Below, in pieces: positions 7,125-13,361 of a DNA stretch of 13,361 nucleotides; within the stretch, counting starts at the first letter, position 1; the number at the start of each line of letters is the position of its first letter. A program made the translations under genes and the position numbers. The notes under the pieces are model-generated. The model had not been told where the DNA came from and did no database searches. It was given only the letters and a program-made list of their open reading frames with translations. The stretch is from Archangiaceae bacterium. Lineage in GTDB: Bacteria > Myxococcota > Myxococcia > Myxococcales > Myxococcaceae. The stretch is taken from contig JAYVCD010000167.1 of NCBI GenBank assembly GCA_043750125.1, positions 1-13,361 of the forward strand, written 5' to 3'.

Positions 7125-7202
7125 GAGCGGTGGAGACAGCGATCGGTTAATGAGTGCGCCTGAGGTAGATGTTCGAAGCACCCCAAACGGAGCACCGAGA
7201 TG
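7125..7202 (+). repeat. Duplicated leader segment, copy A', ending at the ATG of the 63-aa ORF
   Basis: Exact 21-mer shared with 6218-6238. Ends in GGAGCACCGAGATG (SD + start). Confidence 0.88.
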
Positions 7203-7391
7203 ATCAAAACACCCCTGCGTCCGAAGCCTGAATTCAATGCGGACAATTCGCGAAAGGTCCTGTTGGGCGTCGGCCTGCTGGGCGTCGGGCTGCTCACCGC
7301 CGCGGCGGTGGGTCTGGTCGTCGTACGACGGCGAGAGCTGGGCTACGAGTACGAGCACGACTTCTACGCGATGCTCGGCATCGGGGCCTGA
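7200..7391 (+). CDS. 63-aa single-pass membrane peptide, function unknown
   Basis: GGAG SD upstream of the ATG. Hydrophobic stretch VLLGVGLLGVGLLTAAAVGLVVV followed by RRR. GC-rich third codon positions in the 3' two thirds. Confidence 0.68.
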   Translation: MIKTPLRPKPEFNADNSRKVLLGVGLLGVGLLTAAAVGLVVVRRRELGYEYEHDFYAMLGIGA

Positions 7392-7420
7392 GCGCAAGGT
7401 TTTCTGCGCAGCGGTGAAGG

Positions 7421-8269
7421 CTATCTGGGGGCCGGAGCGAGGAACTTCACCGCTCCCGAGATGACTTCCGCGTTGCGCAGCGGTCGGTAGTGGCCCAACC
7501 CCAAGGTGACTTCCAGGTGGGCGCCGGCCCAGTGACGCACCAACGCCTGCGTCTCACTGAACGGAACTTCCGCGTCCTGGGGATCATGAGCGACCCACAG
7601 CGGGACTTTCAGCTGCAGGCGTTCCAGCCGGTAGCGGTCCCATTCTTTTTGAAACCGGGTCTCCAGCTGCTGCTGGAGGACAGCCATCGTCGCGGTCGGC
7701 AGCCCGACGATCGACTGAAAGCGTTTGGCCCCGGCTTCGAGGCTCGAACCCGGCGCGATCAACGCCACCCGGTCGATCTGCAGGCCGTCGGCGATTGCGA
7801 TGATCACGCTCATCGCCCCCAGCGAATGCGCGATCACCCCGCTGGCGGGCCCGAAGTGCTCGGCGGCCTTCTCGAGCGCCTGGGCGAACGCCAGAACCGA
7901 GGACTGAGCCGCGAACGCTTCCCCGTGGCCCGGAGCGTCGAGCAGCACCGCGGTGCGCCCCGCCGCGACCAGCGGGCCGACGAACGCTGAGAGCTGAAAG
8001 CCGCGCCCGCCCCACCCATGCAGCAGGTACACCGCGGGGCCCGAGCCGTACCGCCACGCGATCGCCCGCCCCCCCGCAGTCATCAGGTCGACCCGGTGCC
8101 CTTCCCCCGCCAGGTTGCGTGAAAAGGGAGGCCGCGGAGGCCGCAGGAACAACCGCCCCGCCGCGCGCGCAGCGACCGAAGTCGAGACCGCATCCAAAGA
8201 GGCCAGGCCGCCGCGAATCGCCATCAGCGACAGCCGCTGCCGCAGCGCCAACTTCGGAAGAGGAATCAC
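7421..8269 (-). CDS. Alpha/beta fold hydrolase
   Basis: LLHGWGG oxyanion motif, DAPGHG, AHSLG nucleophile elbow, HD..D.EVP and GLGH. GTG start with AAGAGG SD. Confidence 0.92.
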   Translation of the reverse strand: MIPLPKLALRQRLSLMAIRGGLASLDAVSTSVAARAAGRLFLRPPRPPFSRNLAGEGHRVDLMTAGGRAIAWRYGSGPAVYLLHGWGGRGFQLSAFVGPLVAAGRTAVLLDAPGHGEAFAAQSSVLAFAQALEKAAEHFGPASGVIAHSLGAMSVIIAIADGLQIDRVALIAPGSSLEAGAKRFQSIVGLPTATMAVLQQQLETRFQKEWDRYRLERLQLKVPLWVAHDPQDAEVPFSETQALVRHWAGAHLEVTLGLGHYRPLRNAEVISGAVKFLAPAPR

Positions 8270-8304
8270 CGCTGCCTCTTACGTCATCAGCGCCGCCCTG
8301 GGTT

Positions 8305-11300
8305 TCAGCGATTGATGACGAACGCGCACGCCGCGTCGAGCGTCACTTTCACCCCGGCCAGCGCTTGCAGCAGCGCGGTGTAGTGCGCGCGTTCGGCCGA
8401 AAGCTGCGCCTCGAGCACGTCGCCCTTCACCCCCTGGTGCGCCAGCGACAACTTCACCCGGCGCAACATCGTGTCGCGCTCGGTTTCGATCGCCGCGCGC
8501 GCCCGGCCGGCCCGCCGCTTCAGCTCGGCCTCGGCCGCCAGACTGCCCGCGGCGACGGCAAGATCCAATCCGGAAGACAAGGACGGAAACGCCGCGCGCA
8601 GGTCCTCCCCTTTCAAGGAACGCCCGACCGTGTCGTTGAGCGCGGCGAGCACTTTGGCGTCGGCCGGCTTCACCTCGCCGTTCTCGTCGATTACCACCGC
8701 GACCTGGACCAACAGCCGATCGAGAAACCGCGAGAGCTGCCGCGAAGGCACCCGGGCTCCGATCGTGGTGTCCGCCGGGTCGGGGGGACTCAAGTGGAAC
8801 AACAGCTCGACTCCCCTGGCCTTCAGCGGGCCGCGGACTTCGAGGAAGCGCGCTCCGTTTCGGCCGTAGGGGCCATCGCGCATGAAACCAAACAGGGCTT
8901 CGACGATCGGGTGACCGGTGGCGAAGTACTCGATTTCTTCCTGCTCGACCGCGGTGTCGCGCCAGAAGGTTCCGAGCACGGTTCGCTCTTGCGAGATGTC
9001 GAGCCCGGGCAGCGCCTCGACTTTCAGCGCGTGCCCGAAGTGAAACGCGCATTGAAACGCGTCGACCAACTGGTCGGTGTCGACCCCCAGGCCGATGCGC
9101 AGCGCGAGCTCGGTCACCGTCTCTTCCAACCGTTCGTCGAGATCGCGCGCGATCGCCCACAGCCCGTCTTCGAGGCTCTCGTCCTCGTCGTCCTCGTCCA
9201 TTCCGGCCCGGGCCCGGGCCCGCTTCACCAGCGCCGCCACTTCTTCGCGATCAAAGCTGCGCAGGTCGAGCAGCGGGTCGTAGGCCTCGAGCACCTGCGC
9301 GCGCGCGGCGGTCACTTTGTGCTTCAACTGCGCGACGTACGCACTGCGCGCCTCGAGGGGCTCGAGCGCCAGGTGGGTGAGCATCGGCTCGACTTCCTCG
9401 AGGACCGCGTCGAGGCCTCCGACGGTCTCCCCAAAGACTCCGACCGCGTCGGCGAGGACGGCCAGCACGTCGGACGACAAGGAGCCCCGGGTGTCGAAGA
9501 CGTGAATGTCCACCGGGTGGGTCTGGCCGATGCGATCCAACCGGCCGATGCGCTGCTCGACGGTGGCAGGGCTCCACGGGAGGTCGTAGTGGACCAGGTG
9601 GTGCGCGAACTGAAAGTTGCGGCCTTCGCCCCCGACTTCGGTGCAGAGCAGAATTTTCGGGCCTTCAGGGTCCCGAAAGCGGGCGACCTGGCGGTCTCGT
9701 TCCACCAGGGGAAGATCGCCGTGGTAGGCGAGGGTTTCGATGCTGTCCTCGAGCAGCCGTGACTTCAGGCTGTCGAGGGTCGCGTGGGCCTCGGTGAAGA
9801 CGAGCACCTTGGCGCCGGACTCTTTGCTCCAGATTTGTTTGAGCAGCTTCGAGAACGCGAGAAACTTTGCGTCGCGGCTGGGCAGCTGAAGCTTCAGCTC
9901 GCTCAACGCCTGCACGCCGGACAGCGCCTTGAAGAAGGCCGCCGGTGAAGACTCGAGCCGGCGAAGCAGCCCTGCCAGCGCGGCGCCCTTCAGCGTGCCA
10001 TCTGCCTTCAAAGCCGCGATCGCCGCCGCCCGCGCATTCTGTTCTTCCGCGGGCGCGAGGACCTCGTGGCGATGAAGCCGACGCTGGGAGAAGCCTCCCA
10101 CCACTGCGCGGCGGTTGCGCACCAGGCGGTCGGACAGGCTGTAGGTCTCGGCGAGGTGAGAGAGCAGCGCGGTGGGCTCGCGAAGGTTGTCGAGCGCGTC
10201 GTCGTTGGGAAAGCGGGCCTTCAGCTTCTTCACCGCCGCCATCGGCGCTTCGCCTTCGAGCAGTCCGCGCACGGCCAGCGCCAGCTCTTCCTGACGCTTG
10301 AGGCGCTCTTGAAACTCGTTGAGCTGGGGAGCGGTCGCGGGGTCAATCAACGCCAGCAGCGCGTGGTACTCGGCGGGATCCAGTTGCATCGGGGTGGCGG
10401 TGAGCAGCAGCAGGCCCCAACAATTCTTCGCGAGCGCCGCGACGGCCAGGTGGGCCTTTTCAGCCTTGAGGTGGTGGGCCTCGTCGATGATCACCAGGTC
10501 CCAGTAGGCCCCCGGGGCCCCGGCTTCCTTGCGCGCCTGATCATTGCGCTGAAGCTGCTCGAGGCTGGTGATGACCAGGTCGAACCGCGCCCAGGGGGAT
10601 ACGCCCGGTTGCTCTTCCAACGACTGCTCGTACCGCTCGCTGTCGAGCAGGGTGAAGAGGTGGTTGAACTTGTGGAACAGCTCGACCAGCCATTGCACGG
10701 TCAGATGGCTCGGAGCGACGACCAGCACCCGCCGCGCCAGCCCGCTCAGCCGCAGCGCCGAAAACACCATCCCCGCTTCGATCGTCTTTCCCAGGCCCAC
10801 TTCGTCGGCCAGCACGAAGCGCGGGCGCCGCGCCGAGAGCACCCGCTGCACCACCCCGACCTGGTGGGGCTTGACCATCACCCGCGAGGCCAGCAGCGCC
10901 CCCATCGCATCGCAGCGCCGTTCGTCGTCGAGCTGCAGCGCGCTTCGTCGAAGCAGGAAATTCGTCGCGTCGCCGACTCGACCCTCTTTCAGGCTCGAGA
11001 GCAGGTCTGGCCGGGGAGGCAACGCGCGCAGCTCGGACTCAGGCAATTCGTCTTCTGAGCCGTCGTCGAGGGTGAGACAATAGCGGCGCAGCCCGCGTGC
11101 GCCCTCGACTTCGGACTTCACCGACCCCGACTTGCCGGTGCTGGTGACCACCGTGTCGCCCGGCTCGAGAGGAACGGGCTTCAAGGCTCCTTGCCGATTG
11201 GCGACCAGAATCGCGCCGCCCTCGCGCGCGGGAAAGACCACCAGCGCCTTGGTATCGTTGTCTTCCAGGCGCAGCAGGTGGCCCACGCCCCACTCGGGCT

Positions 11301-11343
11301 GGGGCAGGTACCGGACTTTTTGACCAAGGATGAGCTCACTCAT
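8305..11343 (-). CDS. rapA: SNF2-family ATPase/helicase, RNA polymerase-associated protein RapA (HepA)-like
   Basis: N-terminal GQKV....PEWGVG, PHQ, LADEVGLGKT, DEAHH, LLLTATP, GGEGRNFQFAHHLV..DLPW and EQRIGRLDRIGQ; ~1010 aa. Likely start is the ATG at 11343. Confidence 0.9.
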   Translation of the reverse strand: MSELILGQKVRYLPQPEWGVGHLLRLEDNDTKALVVFPAREGGAILVANRQGALKPVPLEPGDTVVTSTGKSGSVKSEVEGARGLRRYCLTLDDGSEDELPESELRALPPRPDLLSSLKEGRVGDATNFLLRRSALQLDDERRCDAMGALLASRVMVKPHQVGVVQRVLSARRPRFVLADEVGLGKTIEAGMVFSALRLSGLARRVLVVAPSHLTVQWLVELFHKFNHLFTLLDSERYEQSLEEQPGVSPWARFDLVITSLEQLQRNDQARKEAGAPGAYWDLVIIDEAHHLKAEKAHLAVAALAKNCWGLLLLTATPMQLDPAEYHALLALIDPATAPQLNEFQERLKRQEELALAVRGLLEGEAPMAAVKKLKARFPNDDALDNLREPTALLSHLAETYSLSDRLVRNRRAVVGGFSQRRLHRHEVLAPAEEQNARAAAIAALKADGTLKGAALAGLLRRLESSPAAFFKALSGVQALSELKLQLPSRDAKFLAFSKLLKQIWSKESGAKVLVFTEAHATLDSLKSRLLEDSIETLAYHGDLPLVERDRQVARFRDPEGPKILLCTEVGGEGRNFQFAHHLVHYDLPWSPATVEQRIGRLDRIGQTHPVDIHVFDTRGSLSSDVLAVLADAVGVFGETVGGLDAVLEEVEPMLTHLALEPLEARSAYVAQLKHKVTAARAQVLEAYDPLLDLRSFDREEVAALVKRARARAGMDEDDEDESLEDGLWAIARDLDERLEETVTELALRIGLGVDTDQLVDAFQCAFHFGHALKVEALPGLDISQERTVLGTFWRDTAVEQEEIEYFATGHPIVEALFGFMRDGPYGRNGARFLEVRGPLKARGVELLFHLSPPDPADTTIGARVPSRQLSRFLDRLLVQVAVVIDENGEVKPADAKVLAALNDTVGRSLKGEDLRAAFPSLSSGLDLAVAAGSLAAEAELKRRAGRARAAIETERDTMLRRVKLSLAHQGVKGDVLEAQLSAERAHYTALLQALAGVKVTLDAACAFVINR

Positions 11344-11407
11344 GGGCGGCGGTTCTTTATCGGAGGGGAAGCGTCTGCGCATCCCTCGATTCGCCCGCCC
11401 GACCGCA

Positions 11408-11878
11408 CTACCGCTTCTTGCTTTCGAGCATCTTCACGTCGAGCAGATCCTTCTCGCGCCCCGCCGCGCGCTTGTTGACGAGCAAGGCGTCCCGACCGAG
11501 AAAGCCGACCGGGTGGCCGGCAATGCTCACCGAGGTCCGCGTGGCCCAGGCCGGCTCGAAGTCGACTCCACTGATCTGGGTGAGCACGTCGATGCGGCGC
11601 GGCGGCAGGCCCATCTGGTAGACGGTTCCAGGTTGGGCGAAGTCCGCGGTGACCACTCCGTGCATGGCCAGCGGAGCCCCGAAGGCGGCCAAAGCGGCCA
11701 TCACCCGCGCGGCATTTTCTTCGGTCGGTCGGACCCAGACATCGAGATCTCCGGTCGCCCTGGGAATGCCATGGGCCGCCAGGGCGTGGGCGCCTACGAC
11801 GAGGAACTCGACGCCGGCCCGGGCGAAAGCCTCGAGCACGTCCAGAAAATCCTGGTTGAGGCCGGTTTCGACGCTCAT
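11408..11878 (-). CDS. Small nucleotidyltransferase-fold protein (DUF6036-like)
   Basis: VVGA.A...HG..R.T.DLD motif, RIDVLT, and C-terminal L..NK.A.GR.KD..D. ATGA overlap with the upstream small gene. Confidence 0.85.
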   Translation of the reverse strand: MSVETGLNQDFLDVLEAFARAGVEFLVVGAHALAAHGIPRATGDLDVWVRPTEENAARVMAALAAFGAPLAMHGVVTADFAQPGTVYQMGLPPRRIDVLTQISGVDFEPAWATRTSVSIAGHPVGFLGRDALLVNKRAAGREKDLLDVKMLESKKR

Positions 11879-12120
11879 CGGTCACCCGCGCGGATGACCC
11901 GGCCGGGCATCTGCGCTCGGGTGTAGTCGGCGGCTGGCGTGCCCATCAGCGCCCAGACCGAGCTCGCCAGACCCCACATCATGCCCAGGCGCTGCTCGAG
12001 CGTGGTGCTGTCACTGAGGTCTTCGTCGCCCAGGCTCACTGAAAGCGTCGTCTTCCCACCCGGCCACGAAGCGCGGGCGGCGGCGCGCTGCGCGAAACCT
12101 TCCTCGTCGGGCCTGGACAT
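11875..12120 (-). CDS. 81-aa hypothetical protein translationally coupled to the nucleotidyltransferase
   Basis: MSRPDEEGFAQRAAARASW...EQRLGMMWGLASSVWALMG...PGRVIR. Its stop overlaps the NTase ATG (ATGA at 11875-11878). The ORF-track extension to 12174 is intron domain VI sequence. Confidence 0.72.
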   Translation of the reverse strand: MSRPDEEGFAQRAAARASWPGGKTTLSVSLGDEDLSDSTTLEQRLGMMWGLASSVWALMGTPAADYTRAQMPGRVIRAGDR

Positions 12121-12209
12121 AGGTGGATGGGGGCGCCGGTTTCGCTCACGCGATCCGGTTTCCCCCACCTCCATTCAAACCGTGCATGCGGATTTCCCGC
12201 ACACGGCTT
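12119..12209 (-). ncRNA. Group II intron ribozyme domains V and VI
   Basis: DV AAGCCGTGTGCGGGAAATCCGCATGCACGGTTT (12209-12177) with AGC triad and 2-nt bulge. DVI stem GGTGGGGG/CCCCCATC with inner CCGG/CCGG helix and candidate bulged A before CCTAT. Confidence 0.92.
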
Positions 12210-13360
12210 TCGTTTGAGGTTTCACGGTGCAGCGTGCACGGCTTCGGGTAACGAATTGTTCCACGCAATCGGTGCAGGCCCTTGGCTTCGTACTCCTCCC
12301 GCTCCCAGCAGATTCGCTGGCCGGGCTTCGCATGTCGCTGGTACCGCTCTAGCCGAAACATGTTCAGCCTTCGGACGACGTACTTGTCGAGCTGGTTAAA
12401 CTTCAGGGCCGCGTTCCCGGTGCGGAAGTAGTTGCCCCAGCCTTGGAGCACGGGGTTCAGGTCGTCGATGAGCACCTTGACGTCCTTCACTCCACCACGC
12501 CGTCGGTCGGTCAGCTCCTTCACCCTCGTCCGCACCCGCGTCATGCTTCGCTTCGAGGGCCAGCGCTGAAGGTAGTAGCGACGAATCCGCTTCTCCTCCC
12601 AGAGCTTCCCCGACATCCGCATGTGCAGGTGACAGCCGAGAAAGTCGAAGCCTTCCTTCCCTTCGGTGAGGTCTACCTTTCGCGTCTTCTCCGGGTGCAG
12701 CGTCAGCTTCAACCTCTCGAAGATGATGCGCACTCTTCGTTCGGCTTCTTCCACGTCTTCGCGGCTTTTGCAGAGCACCACGAAGTCGTCCGCGTAGCGC
12801 ACCAGCTTGCCGATTTGGGCGCACTGGCGTTGCCACACGGAGTCGAGGAAGTGCAGGTAGATGTTCGACAGCAACGGAGAAATGACTCCGCCTTGCGGCG
12901 TACCCGAGACCGTCTCTGAGTACGTGCCGTTTTCCATCACGCCTGCCTGAAGCCAACCACGCAGCAACTTGAGGACCCTTCTGTCGCTGACCCGCTTCGA
13001 GACCCGTTCCATCAGCAGCGACTGATTGATGCTGCCGAAGTAGTCGTGAATGTCCGCGTCCAGCACATGTCGCCACCCGGCGTTCACTTCTTCCCGGATG
13101 GTTTCCAGTGCCTGCAACGTGTTCTTGCCCGGCCGGAAACCGAAGGACGAGGGTTGAAAGTCAGCCTCGAAAATCGGCTCCAACACCAACTTCGCCGCCG
13201 TCTGCACGATGCGGTCTTTGACTGTCGGAATCCCCAGAGGCCGCTGCTTGCCATCCGCCTTCGGGATGTACCGCCTCAGCACGGGAGGTGGCCGGTACTT
13301 TCCTGCGTGGAGCTCTTCTTGAAGCTCGTTCAGCAGCTTCTCGACGCCGTACTCCTCCAC
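12146..13360 (-). CDS. ltrA: Group II intron reverse transcriptase/maturase, 5' end outside the window, no endonuclease domain
   Basis: [49 protein letters not shown] and maturase LN..L.GW.NYF motifs. No HNH domain. Confidence 0.97.
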   Translation of the reverse strand: MEEYGVEKLLNELQEELHAGKYRPPPVLRRYIPKADGKQRPLGIPTVKDRIVQTAAKLVLEPIFEADFQPSSFGFRPGKNTLQALETIREEVNAGWRHVLDADIHDYFGSINQSLLMERVSKRVSDRRVLKLLRGWLQAGVMENGTYSETVSGTPQGGVISPLLSNIYLHFLDSVWQRQCAQIGKLVRYADDFVVLCKSREDVEEAERRVRIIFERLKLTLHPEKTRKVDLTEGKEGFDFLGCHLHMRMSGKLWEEKRIRRYYLQRWPSKRSMTRVRTRVKELTDRRRGGVKDVKVLIDDLNPVLQGWGNYFRTGNAALKFNQLDKYVVRRLNMFRLERYQRHAKPGQRICWEREEYEAKGLHRLRGTIRYPKPCTLHRETSNESRVREIRMHGLNGGGGNRIA

Positions 13361-13361
13361 C

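Larger units (their letters stand above)
12119..13361 (-). mobile_element. Group II intron, 3' portion (domain IV ORF, domains V and VI)
   Basis: RT/maturase ORF followed by domain V, domain VI and a terminal ...CCACCTAT. The 5' part lies outside the window. The 3' boundary is inferred to within a few nt. Confidence 0.93.

Noticed and set aside
6218-7145. CRISPR array or known riboswitch (cobalamin, c-di-GMP-I) interpretation
   Set aside because: Only two 21-mers, 907 bp apart, and no cas genes. Short resemblances (GGGGTTACC; GCCAC..GGGAAG on the minus strand) lack the rest of the riboswitch consensus.
6163-7163. ORFs across the repeat region, and a mild 3-nt periodicity of mismatches between the two B copies
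   Set aside because: A 2-nt indel shifts the frame between copies. The frame favoured by the periodicity hits stops and uses atypical codons, so no protein is conserved in both copies.
7392-7409. GCGCA/TGCGC hairpin between convergent genes as a terminator
   Set aside because: Short stem with no U-tract on either strand; insufficient support.
8119-11058. Long plus-strand ORFs (8119..9762, 10066..11058)
   Set aside because: Antisense shadows of the RapA-like gene.
12146-13360. RT as retron, DGR or defence RT acting on the 6.3-7.1 kb repeats
   Set aside because: It has maturase motifs and adjacent DV/DVI, so it is a group II intron protein. Differences between the repeats are not adenine-specific as in DGR TR/VR pairs, and nothing links the two loci.

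Overview
GC-rich bacterial chromosomal window; the gene content suggests Myxococcota (inference). Plus strand: 3' part of msrA, a 5'-truncated SAM methyltransferase, cdd, a membrane-anchored Ser/Thr kinase-like protein with degenerate catalytic motifs, a FabL-like SDR, a PlsC-type acyltransferase and a 63-aa membrane peptide. Minus strand: a 77-aa ATcapRel/Phrann Gp30-like antitoxin candidate behind a headless upstream ORF on a lower-GC islet, a decayed M14 carboxypeptidase fused by deletion to the tail of a YdeI/OmpD-associated gene, an alpha/beta hydrolase, a RapA-like SNF2 ATPase, a small-protein + nucleotidyltransferase pair, and the 3' part of a group II intron with its RT/maturase. The most unusual part is the ~1 kb stretch at 6200-7200, which has no credible ORF. 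It holds two ~205-nt copies (~83% identical by hand alignment) of a multi-hairpin element whose substitutions mostly preserve plus-strand RNA pairing, two further long hairpins and a duplicated leader. It is a candidate undescribed structured ncRNA or repeat system. The intron 3' end also appears to supply the AT of the next gene's ATG. All calls come from reading the sequence; no searches were run.
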